Below are positions 11,146 to 20,432 of a stretch of DNA of 64,000 bases, piece after piece. Source of the DNA: Candidatus Latescibacterota bacterium (GTDB taxonomy: Bacteria; Krumholzibacteriota; Krumholzibacteriia; WVZY01); assembly GCA_963791045.1 (NCBI GenBank), contig CAWBQK010000002.1, positions 1 to 64,000 on the forward strand. Reading direction: 5' to 3'. The position numbers were made by a program, and so were the translations under genes. Positions within the stretch are counted from its first letter, which is position 1, and every line of letters starts with the position of its first letter. Under the pieces are notes generated by a model. It was given only the letters and a program-made list of their open reading frames with translations. It did not search any database and was not told the origin of the DNA.

Positions 11146-12489
11146 ATGAATGGAATGGAACGCGATCAAAGCAGACAGTTGAGGGACATTCTGGTCCATG
11201 CATATAGACACACTCCCTTTTACCGTCAACAATTTAGTGATTGTGGTCTGACCGAGGGAGATCTATCACAATTTTCGATTTCCGATCTGGTCAGAGTCCC
11301 ATCGGTTGATGAGCAATCACTTCGAGAACATTGGAATGATATGTCCGTGATTGATGGGAGTTCCTTTCGTGTAACCACAAGCGGTGGAACGACTGGAAAG
11401 CCAAAGCTGATGGTGAGGACAAGAAATGATTGGGAGAGCAGCCTTGACTCACACATAAAACTAATGAAGATTTGCGGGTTGAATGAATCAGATCGTATAT
11501 TAATCGCTCTTCCATTTGATATATGGGCTATCGGCTACCTAACTCTTGAGTCGTGCAAGCTTATGAATTGTTTTGCAGTCCCCATAGGGGTGCGTATGAA
11601 TGATGACATTACACTTGATTATGCCGAACGATTCAACATCTCAGCCGTAATTACAAGTCCTTCACGATGGGTTCATCTATCAAGGCAGCGACCAGACCTT
11701 CTGAAAAAGCTCGCTGGACTAAAAATGGTATTGGCAGGAGAACCGATCGCGGAAGCTGATAGGAAGAATCTCAATCAAGCATGGAACGGTACTGTTAGTA
11801 GTCTTTACGGTTCAGAGGAAACAGATGGGCTGGGGGCCGAATGCGGAATGGGCAAGACAGGCATGCACGTGTTGTCTGATAGATTTATTTTCGAAATTGC
11901 AGGAGATACATCACCAAGCACATCTTCAATTAACTCCGGATTTGGCGAACTTCTTGTAACATCACTGTATCACAAAGGGACACCGCTGATTAGGTACAGG
12001 CTAGGCGATCTCGTTGATATTTCAATTGAGGATTGCCCATGCGGGTGTGAGCTCCCCAAGATCAGAGTGTTTGGCAAGTGCGGAGAAGTCCTAGTATTTC
12101 GGGATGCTACGCGGGTGTTTGGTTACCAACTCGACGAATCGTTGACTGAAGCTATTGGGTCACAGGTAATGTTTCAAGCAGTAGCGTTAGACGGTGAAAA
12201 CGATACAGAAATATTAGAAATCAGAATTTCTGACGATTTATCGAATGAAGTAATCCAAGCATTATTACATAATGTGTCGTTGATTTCCCTCGAACTTCAA
12301 GAGTCAATTCAGATGGGTGTTTTAACGGTCAGGGTAAAAACAGGGAATCTGCTCTTTGAATGCACGAATAAGGGAAAACAGCGCAGACTCCTGGATCTTC
12401 GGAAACATCCGATATCAAATGTAATGGTTAGCAGAAATACAAAAGAAATATCACTTCAGTTTAAACGTGAGGATAAGGAAATCAAGTAA
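11146..12489 (+). CDS. Phenylacetate-CoA ligase (PaaK)-family adenylate-forming enzyme
   Basis: HTPFY, TSGGTTGKPK P-loop, AGEP, YGSEE, GELLVTSL...PLIRYRLGD, KGKQRRLLDLR. Confidence 0.88.
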   Translation: MNGMERDQSRQLRDILVHAYRHTPFYRQQFSDCGLTEGDLSQFSISDLVRVPSVDEQSLREHWNDMSVIDGSSFRVTTSGGTTGKPKLMVRTRNDWESSLDSHIKLMKICGLNESDRILIALPFDIWAIGYLTLESCKLMNCFAVPIGVRMNDDITLDYAERFNISAVITSPSRWVHLSRQRPDLLKKLAGLKMVLAGEPIAEADRKNLNQAWNGTVSSLYGSEETDGLGAECGMGKTGMHVLSDRFIFEIAGDTSPSTSSINSGFGELLVTSLYHKGTPLIRYRLGDLVDISIEDCPCGCELPKIRVFGKCGEVLVFRDATRVFGYQLDESLTEAIGSQVMFQAVALDGENDTEILEIRISDDLSNEVIQALLHNVSLISLELQESIQMGVLTVRVKTGNLLFECTNKGKQRRLLDLRKHPISNVMVSRNTKEISLQFKREDKEIK

Positions 12490-12689
12490 AGACAGCCATA
12501 TACCCACCGGCCATGCGATGCGTTGGGCAGACCAGAAGAGGAAGGCTGCCAAGTCAGAGCGATAAATAATAATGTAAACGCAGAATATATTCATACAGAT
12601 GAAAGCTCTTCAGTAAGCAGTCATGCCGATCAGCAACTAAAAAGATCAATTGGAAAGGTTTGACAAAGTTTCTACTGCTTGAGAATGCG

Positions 12690-12749
12690 GTATAGCAAGG
12701 TTAATTCAGCCGATGCAAGAAACCGTGTGGCTGATTAATAGCGTTAGTC
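12690..12749 (+). mobile_element. attC site 4 (degenerate R'')
   Basis: GTATAGC-AAGG-TTAATTCAGCCG...TGGCTGATTAA-TAGC-GTTAGTC; long arm with one extrahelical T; short attC type. Confidence 0.78.
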
Positions 12750-12863
12750 CCGAGAGTTCTGATCGAAAAAGAGCTCGGGGAAAATCACCTGTCGCCCATC
12801 AAGCGTCTGTCAACCACCCCACCCCTTGTACCCACCCCGCAGCCCCCTCCCAGATATACCCCC

Positions 12864-12893
12864 TTGCCATACCAGACAATTGTCTGCTATTCT
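12864..12893 (+). promoter_or_regulatory. Putative sigma70 promoter upstream of dnaE2 with palindromic operator
   Basis: TTGCCA-18-TATTCT with TGn extension; perfect palindrome CAGACAATTGTCTG (12873-12886) in the spacer. Confidence 0.5.
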
Positions 12894-13118
12894 TTGTGTA
12901 CACCCTGAACCCAGGGGGGATGATGGTGCTCGGAGCGTGAACTCGAGCAATAAGAAGAGGTTAGGAGCTGGCAAGAGGGCCGGCGGAGGCCTCTGAGGCG
13001 CCCTGGAAGGGCCAAAAGTGCCGCGCCAGGAGGCCCGGAGGGCCAAAAACCAGGCCTCGACGACAGCACCGCGGGGTGAACGGAAGAGCACCATTGTCCC
13101 CAAAAGAATAAAGACACG

Positions 13119-16100
13119 ATGATACGACCGGCATACACATCTTCGTACGCACCGCTGTGGTGCAAGTCGAACTATTCCTTTTTGGAAGGCGCGAGTCATC
13201 CGGAGGAACTGGTGGAGGAAGCGGCGCGCCTGGGGCTGCGCTCGATCGCGATAACAGACCGCGACGGTGTGTACGGTATTGTGCGCGCGCATGTGAAGGC
13301 GAAGGAGTGCGGCGTTCATCTGATCATCGGCTCGGAAGATCACACTCGACGACCAGTCGACAATCATCCTGCTGGCAATGAACGCAAAGGGCTACGCGAA
13401 TCTGTGCGAGCTGATTTCAGACGGGCGGCTTCGTCACCCAAAAGGCGAATCGTCGGTGACATGGAAGGAACTCTGCGCAAGAGCCGAAGGGCTGATCGCA
13501 TTATGGGGCGGTGAGCGCAGTCTAATCGCGGGCCCCACGCGATCCGCTGTTCATCGCAAAAGAACTTAAAGGAAGCGTTCGGCGACCGGCTGTACGCAGC
13601 TGATCGCACGCCACCGCCGCGCGGAAGAAGCAAAGGAAGAACACCGCGTGCGCATCCGCGCAATACGGTACAAGCTCCCAACAGTCGCCGCAACGGAAGT
13701 GCTCTACCACACACACGAACGCCGCGATCTGCAGGACGTGCTGACGTGCATCAAGCACGGGGTGACGCTTTCAACGGCGGGCCGCGTGACAAAACCCAAC
13801 GCCGAGCACGCGCTAAAACCCCCGTTCGCCTTTCGCATGCTCTATGAAGACGACCCGCTTACTGGTCGCGCAAACGGAAGAGATCGCAGCACGGTGCACG
13901 TTTTCACTCGACGAGATCCGTTACCGCTACCCATCGGAAAAGCTTCCCGACGGCTCGACCTCATCGGACTATCTCCGAACACTGACATACGATGGCGCCA
14001 AAGAGCGCTACCCGCGAAGCAACGCACCCGAACGGGATTCCACCCAACGTAAAAGCCCAATTGGAAAAAGAACTCGGTGTGATCGGCGACCTGGAGTACG
14101 ACGGGTATTTCTTGACGATGTGGGAGATCGTGCAGTTCTGCCGCCGCGAACACATCCTGTGCCAGGGCCGCGGGTCGGCGGCGAACTCGGCGGTGTGCTA
14201 CTGCCTGGGGATCACCGCGGTCGACCCGGTGCAGATGGATCTTCTTTTCGAGCGCTTCATGTCGAAGGAACGCGCCGAGCCGCCCGACATCGATCTCGAC
14301 ATCGAGCACAACCGCCGCGAAGAGGTGATCCAGTACGTCTACGCGAAGTACGGCCGGACGCACGCGGCGATGGCGGCGAACGTGGTCCGCTACCGCGCCC
14401 GCTCGGCGGTGCGCGAGGTGGGCAAGGTCCTCGAAGTCCCCGACACGACACTCGACCGCGTCGCCAAACTCCTGTCGCACTACGACGACATCACGCGCGA
14501 CTCGCTCGACCGCGCGGGGTTCGACCCCGACAGCCACGTCCACCAGCACCTCGCGCGGCTCGCCGCCGAGATCCAGGACTTTCCGCGGCACCTCTCGATC
14601 CACCCGGGAGGCTTCCTCCTCGGCCACAAACCGGTCCGCCAGCTCGTCCCGATCGAGAACGCGACGATGCCCGGCCGCACGGTGATCCAGTGGGACAAGG
14701 AGGACCTCGAGTCGCTCGGGCTTTTCAAGGTCGACCTCCTGGGCCTGGGGATGCTCACGGTGCTCAACCGCTCGTTCGATCTGATCGAAACGCACTACGG
14801 CAAACGCATCACGATGGCCGACGTCCCCGACGGCGACGAACCGACATTCGAGATGATCCGCCGCGCCGACACGGTCGGCATATTTCAGATCGAGAGCCGC
14901 GCGCAGATGGCGATGCTCCCGCGCCTCAGCCCCAAAAACTATTACGACCTCGTGATCGAGGTGAGCATCGTCCGCCCGGGCCCGATCACCGGCGGGATGG
15001 TTCACCCGTACCTTCGCCGGCGCAATGGCGAAGAAGAAATCACCTACCCGCACCCGTCTCTCGAACCGGTGTTGAAGAAAACACTCGGGCGTCCCGCTTT
15101 TTCAGGAGCAGGTGATGAAGCTTGCCGTGATCGCCGCCGACTACACACCGGGCGAGGCCGATCAGCTGCGGCGCGACATGGCGGCGTGGCGGCGCACGGG
15201 GCGTCTCGAACGCCACCGCGAACGCCTGATCATGCGGATGCAGGCGAAGGGAATTGAGAAGGAGTTCGCGGAGCGGGTGTTCGAGCAGATCCGGGGGTTT
15301 GGCGATTACGGTTTTCCCGAGAGTCACGCGGCGAGCTTTGCGTACATCGCGTATGTGTCCGCGTGGCTCAAATGCCATTACCCGGAGGTGTTTGTGTGCG
15401 CGCTCTTGAACGCGCAGCCGATGGGGTTTTATTCGCCGGCGACGCTCATCGACGATGCGAAGCGGCACAAGCTCACGGTTCTGCCGGTGGATGTGGCGCG
15501 GAGCCGGTGGGATTGTACGCTTGGAGGTGTGCGGGGAGCGCGCGGCGGGGAATGGGAATGGCAGTGTCCCGTAATGGCGGCGCGCCCATCGAACGGCAAT
15601 GGCAATGGTGGCGGTTCGTCGAACGGCCATGCGCAGCGCATCGCGGCGGCAATCGCGGCAACGTGGCGGCAACGGCAACAACGGGCACAAGCCACACGCA
15701 CCCTCACGCCAACCCCTCGCCGTTCGTGTGGGCCTCCGCTACGTCCGCGGTCTCCACGAAGAGTCGGCCGCAGGATCGAGGCCGCGCAACACAACCGCGC
15801 GTTCACATCGATTGATGATTTCATCACGCGAACACAACTAGAAGACGGCACACTCACGCGGCTCGCCGAGGCCGGCGCCTTCGAGCGATTCAAAAAAGAG
15901 CGACGCAGCGCGTTGTGGCACATCCGCGGGTTCGACCGGACGACCGCGCCGCGGCTAAAACTAAAAGACAACGAACCGCGCGTTCGCTTCGAAGACTTGA
16001 CCCAATTCGAAACCATCGGGTGGGACTACGACATGACCGGGCACAGCACGCGCGGACATCCGCTCTCGCCCTTTCGTGAGGAGCTACGCGCGATGGGCCT

Positions 16101-16419
16101 TCCCGACGCAAAGACCGTCACCGCGATGCGCAACAAACAAAGAGTGAGCTACGCGGGGATGGTGATCAACCGCCAGCGGCCAGGGACGGCGAAGGGCGTG
16201 GTGTTTATGACGCTCGAAGACGAGACGGGATTCGTCAATATAGTTATATGGAAGAACGTATTCAAAAAACATATGGTGATCGCCAAGACCTCATCTTTCC
16301 TCGGTGTAACGGGGACTTTACAGTCCGACGGCGGTGTGGTGCACCTCGTTGCGCAATCTCTATGGGACCCAACAACTAAAGAGCGTCCGCGGCGCCGGCG
16401 CAGCCGCGACTTTCATTGA
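13119..16419 (+). CDS. dnaE2: Error-prone DNA polymerase DnaE2/ImuC, frameshifted
   Basis: [63 protein letters not shown]-terminal SRDFH signature. Confidence 0.95.
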
Positions 16420-16510
16420 TGCGATGTGTAAACCCACACCGACACCTGTAAAGTAAATTGGACACTTTTAACAAAACTGTGGAAAAAATAAGATTTCTTT
16501 AACTATAGCC

Positions 16511-16539
16511 TTGACACTCCGTCAATTAACTGGTAAACA
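16511..16539 (+). promoter_or_regulatory. Putative sigma70 promoter
   Basis: TTGACA-17 nt-TAAACA with TGn extension and AT-rich upstream sequence. Confidence 0.6.
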
Positions 16540-16544
16540 AACTA

Positions 16545-16854
16545 ATGTCAGGGGGAACCGAAGCGCAATCGTTCTTCGCGAACCTTGGCAGGGTGGCCGT
16601 ACATTTACCGGTCAGGAACACCCCCCGTTAACAACCGGTATCCGCTGCCAAAAGTACGGTCGCGACGGAGCTGATCTCACGTGCTGCACTGCTCCGTTTG
16701 GCACTTCTACAGACCGGCCACTGGGTTCCGGTTACCGTCCCAGGCGGTTTCCTCGGTTCGAGGTGGTTAGGATCGTCAACGCTGTAGCTGAGTGCTGCCC
16801 AACTGCTGTGAACGGGTGAGATGCACGCCATGTGTGTCTTGCCCGTTTTCTTTT
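16545..16854 (+). ncRNA. Candidate structured ncRNA (~310 nt), family not recognised
   Basis: Between promoter and terminator; multiple complementary segments with G-U pairs favouring the + strand; no convincing ORF. Confidence 0.6.
16811..16854 (+). terminator. Intrinsic terminator
   Basis: AACGGGTGAGATGCAC-GCCAT-GTGTGTCTTGCCCGTT then TTCTTTT; four G-U pairs work only on the + strand. Confidence 0.8.
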
Positions 16855-16874
16855 GAGTCAAGAATAACGAAGAT

Positions 16875-17921
16875 CTATTTCAAGAAGACGAGCTTTTTGA
16901 CCTCTGTAAAACTCCCCGCCTGGATACGGTAAAAATACACGCCGCTCGCCACCAGATTTCCGGAGGAATCCATTCCATCCCATGTGACATGGTGAATTCC
17001 CGACGGTTTGTCGATGTCTTCGAGCGTGCGGACCAGCCGGCCGGTCGCATCATAGACGGCCAGGAATACGGCCTCGTCTTGTGGGAGTCTGTATTCGATG
17101 ACGGTTGTCGGGTTGAACGGGTTGGGGACATTCTGGCCGAGATGGTAAGATGCATCATGTCCCGGTGTGGTGTCGTCGTATATGCCGGTGCTTGTGCTGA
17201 TTGTCGGCGGTGTTTCACTGTCCGAGATCACGAGCCGGTAGGATGTGATCTCATCGTTCAAGTCTCCAAGACTCAGAATCTCATCGTTATCCGTTAACAC
17301 GGTGTCGGGAATCCCGCCGGAATTCCAAGCCTCGTCTATGTAGAAATACCAGTAGCAGTGGGCTTTGGGCATGGTGCCCTCAACCCCAACCTGAATAGCA
17401 GAGATCTCGTCGTTCCAGTGTCCGTCGAGTTCGCGCAACTCCATAACGACCTCATTCGAATTGCCATGCTTATACAGGTGCATAGCGTGGACTTCACCCT
17501 CATAATTGGTGTCTTCGCAGAATCCGAAATAGGTTCTTTCTTCGTCCGCCGGACAACTGAACTTCAATGAAGAAACTATGTCGCTGTTCGCCCCCAGGCT
17601 GGCTTTCTTCCCATCGCCGACACCAAGATTGGTGTTACAATCGAGATCATTGTATATCAACCAATGGGCGGGATAGTTGTCCCACGTATAAAGAGAGGAG
17701 ATTCTATCGCCCCACCAATCGCTTACAATCTCCACTGCGACTTCGTAGTCACCATTGTCCACATAAACGTCGTACCGGATTTCGTCCCCAAAACCATCGC
17801 CCTCATCATCCCAAGTAACCCTGAGCCAGCAATACGGTCCATCTCCCACGCAAGCAGCCCAGGCAACGTGAAAGCACCCCAACAGCACGGCAACCAGGAT
17901 CAACACGCCTAGCTGCTTCAT
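16875..17921 (-). CDS. Secreted protein with beta/gamma-crystallin-like motifs and C-terminal FlgD-Ig domain
   Basis: Signal peptide; DRISSL, DIVSSL, NDEISAI, NDEITSY; QNVPNPFNPTT...WDG...VASGVYFYRI; RBS AAGGAGG. Confidence 0.8.
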   Translation of the reverse strand: MKQLGVLILVAVLLGCFHVAWAACVGDGPYCWLRVTWDDEGDGFGDEIRYDVYVDNGDYEVAVEIVSDWWGDRISSLYTWDNYPAHWLIYNDLDCNTNLGVGDGKKASLGANSDIVSSLKFSCPADEERTYFGFCEDTNYEGEVHAMHLYKHGNSNEVVMELRELDGHWNDEISAIQVGVEGTMPKAHCYWYFYIDEAWNSGGIPDTVLTDNDEILSLGDLNDEITSYRLVISDSETPPTISTSTGIYDDTTPGHDASYHLGQNVPNPFNPTTVIEYRLPQDEAVFLAVYDATGRLVRTLEDIDKPSGIHHVTWDGMDSSGNLVASGVYFYRIQAGSFTEVKKLVFLK

Positions 17922-18264
17922 CGTTTACCTCCCTTTAAACAAGGCACCACAACGCTTGACAAAACTGTACTCGCGGCGAATCCCGGGCACAGCCGGTCCG
18001 GTTATTTCGATATAGCTCTCCAGGAGAATGCTGCAGGTAGGCGAGCGGTGAATGGACGGTATCCCCCAACAAACAGGGCACAATCTTATCAGAAGGAAGG
18101 TTGAGTGTCACCTGAAAAATACACACTGGACAGGTGGTCACTATTCAAAGAAGCGCCATTCGACGACGACCGCTGGTTGCCGGACAAACCCGCCACCTTC
18201 GGGCCTGCTTATTGCACCTGCTATAATGAGGAGAGTGCCGAAGTCCAATCGAGGAGATCCGCGT

Positions 18265-20124
18265 ATGAGAAGGTCGCTCGCTATCCTGTTGCTTCTTATG
18301 GTTTCGGGGACATCCCTGGCGGGAGCCAGCGGCCTTCGGGTTGGAATCTACTCCAGCATGGGCGCTGAGCCCGACAAAACCCTCGCGTTGTACCGCGCCG
18401 TCGCCTCCGCGGGACACGCACCCATGGCCATCAACCAGGCCGATGTCTTGAACGGCCGCCTCACCACCACCAATTTCGACGTATTTGTTTTGCCGGCGGG
18501 CCAGGACGGGAAGCGCTGCTGCGCCGACCACTACTCGGACAACGGAGCCGCCCTCGGGAGCATTCCGGCGAAGGACGCCATCCGCGCCTACCTGAACAAC
18601 GGAGGCGGAATGGTCGCCATTGAAGCAGGCGCTTATTTCGCGGCAAAGAACGGCGGCACACTGGACGTCTACGACGCCGACTATGAAAACATCACCGACG
18701 ACATCGGTAAGAAAACCATCACCATCACCGACGCCACGTTCGGCGCCGGCACCCTCGAGTCATGGCACTCCTACGGCGGCGGCTATTTCGGGACCACACC
18801 GTCGGCCACGGTCGTGGCGATGAACGCTTCGGGCGAACCGGTCATCGTTCGCGACACATACGGCGCCGGTCGCATTATCTTGACCAGCATGGATCTCGAA
18901 CTGCGCGGCGACAGCGAACTGGACTGGACTATCTGGGACAACTGGGCCATGGGCTCCCACACAAACTCCGCCGGCAACTGGGAGCTGCTGGGCCGGATGA
19001 TCGGCTGGGCCTACAACGGCGATGCGTCCGCCCCCATGATTTCACCGGCGCCAAATCCCTCCGGCGCTCGCGTGGCAATCATAAGCACACGCACGAACGA
19101 CGGAGGCGCGTGGCCGGGCTTACTTCCCGCCGTCGCACGATCGGTGGAATACGCGGGGCACATTCCGCTTTCCATCCGCATCGAAGACGTGAATAACGGC
19201 GCGCTCACCAACACCGAGTTTGACATTGTGCTTTTTCCCGGCGGTTATTCGTACGGGTATAAAACCGGCCTCGACGGTCACGAACAAAAAATCCGGGACT
19301 TTATTATGGCGGGAGGATCCTACTACGGTATTTGCGCGGGCGGGTTTTACGCCGCCGGCACGCTGTGGTGGGAGGGCAAGTCCTATCCCTATCCGCTCGA
19401 CATCTACAACGGCGAACCAACGGGCCCGCTCGATGACATTGCCACGTGGCCCAACTACGCCCTGACACCAACCGACGTTGTCGACCCGTTGCTGGGCGGA
19501 CCGTATACACTCATGCAAACCTACTACGGCGGCGCCCACTTTCCCATCCCGTCGGGCGAGCCGTACACACCGGTCGTCACCTATTCGTACAACGGCCAGT
19601 ACTCGGGCACGAACAATATCGTGCGCTACATGTATGGCGAGGGTCATGTCGCCCTCACCGGCACGCACCCGGAGTGCCGCGCCGGCACCACAGAGGACTG
19701 GCTCTACTGGGATGACTTCGACGCCAACAACCAACCGCTCACGAACCCCGACAACCCGTGGATCTTCGTCGACAAGTTGTTCGACGACTGGCTCGCGCTC
19801 GCGACGGCTTCGGGAATCAGCGACGCGCCCTCGGTGCGAAACACGCCCCTGATGTCGCGAGCAGCCCCGAACCCGTTTTCAAACCGCGTGCGGCTGCGAG
19901 TCACGCTATCGGAATCACGGGCCATTCGACTGACGATCCACGACGTCAAGGGTCGCCTTGTCGCCGGCCTCTCAAACGGACCCGTCGGCGCCGGTGACCA
20001 CGATTTCGTATGGAGCGGCTTTGACGGCGCGGGACAGCGGGTCCCGAGCGGGGTGTATTTCGTTCGGCTCGAATCGGCCGGATTCGTGGAGTCCCAGAAA
20101 ATCGTCCTCATCGAACACCGCTAA
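18265..20124 (+). CDS. Secreted protein with two BPL_N/class I glutamine-amidotransferase-like domains and FlgD-Ig domain
   Basis: ATG 18265 after GAGGAG; FVLPAG..AIEAGAY and LFPGG..GICAGGF..HPE; PNPF...SGVYFVRL. Confidence 0.78.
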   Translation: MRRSLAILLLLMVSGTSLAGASGLRVGIYSSMGAEPDKTLALYRAVASAGHAPMAINQADVLNGRLTTTNFDVFVLPAGQDGKRCCADHYSDNGAALGSIPAKDAIRAYLNNGGGMVAIEAGAYFAAKNGGTLDVYDADYENITDDIGKKTITITDATFGAGTLESWHSYGGGYFGTTPSATVVAMNASGEPVIVRDTYGAGRIILTSMDLELRGDSELDWTIWDNWAMGSHTNSAGNWELLGRMIGWAYNGDASAPMISPAPNPSGARVAIISTRTNDGGAWPGLLPAVARSVEYAGHIPLSIRIEDVNNGALTNTEFDIVLFPGGYSYGYKTGLDGHEQKIRDFIMAGGSYYGICAGGFYAAGTLWWEGKSYPYPLDIYNGEPTGPLDDIATWPNYALTPTDVVDPLLGGPYTLMQTYYGGAHFPIPSGEPYTPVVTYSYNGQYSGTNNIVRYMYGEGHVALTGTHPECRAGTTEDWLYWDDFDANNQPLTNPDNPWIFVDKLFDDWLALATASGISDAPSVRNTPLMSRAAPNPFSNRVRLRVTLSESRAIRLTIHDVKGRLVAGLSNGPVGAGDHDFVWSGFDGAGQRVPSGVYFVRLESAGFVESQKIVLIEHR

Positions 20125-20182
20125 TTCGGCGCGCGCCATGTTAACAGCGCCGCCGACAGTCGGGACATCCTAAGCAACGCCC

Positions 20183-20211
20183 TTGACGCGAGTTCCAGCG
20201 GCGGGTACTAT
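20183..20211 (+). promoter_or_regulatory. Putative promoter for beta-propeller array
   Basis: TTGACG-17-TACTAT (overlapping TATAAT). Confidence 0.5.
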
Positions 20212-20432
20212 AATAGAGTATTCGAAAAGAATCGCCCCACTTCCCTTTCCGAGCACCCACCCCACGGGAAAGAGAACCTCATGACAGCCACCACATCGCA
20301 GCTTCGCGGCTCATCGAACGCACCATCGCATTATCCCTCTGCGCGTTCGGTTCGGCGGTGAAAACGGATTCACTCCAGGCGGTTGCAGAAGAAGGTTGAG
20401 GAAGTGCCGGCCCACAAAAGGAGGGGATTTCC

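Larger units (their letters stand above)
2433..12749 (+). mobile_element. Integron gene-cassette array (cluster of attC sites; no integrase within window)
   Basis: Four co-oriented attC-like imperfect inverted repeats. attC1-3 sit at or just after a gene end, each followed closely by an RBS/ATG; attC4 lies ~200 bp after the last operon gene. Cassette genes are visibly lower in GC than flanks. Confidence 0.85.

Noticed and set aside
13842-15053. Long antisense and alternate-frame ORFs (also over the phosphatase, RND and propeller genes)
   Set aside because: Shadow ORFs of GC-rich coding sequence with no motifs
15520-15720. Insertion in dnaE2 as an intein
   Set aside because: Short Gly/Asn-rich low-complexity loop without recognisable intein splicing motifs or endonuclease
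16511-16819. 102-aa ORF in the ORF track
   Set aside because: Starts on the TTG of the -35 box, has no RBS and no recognisable motifs; an RNA-structure explanation fits better
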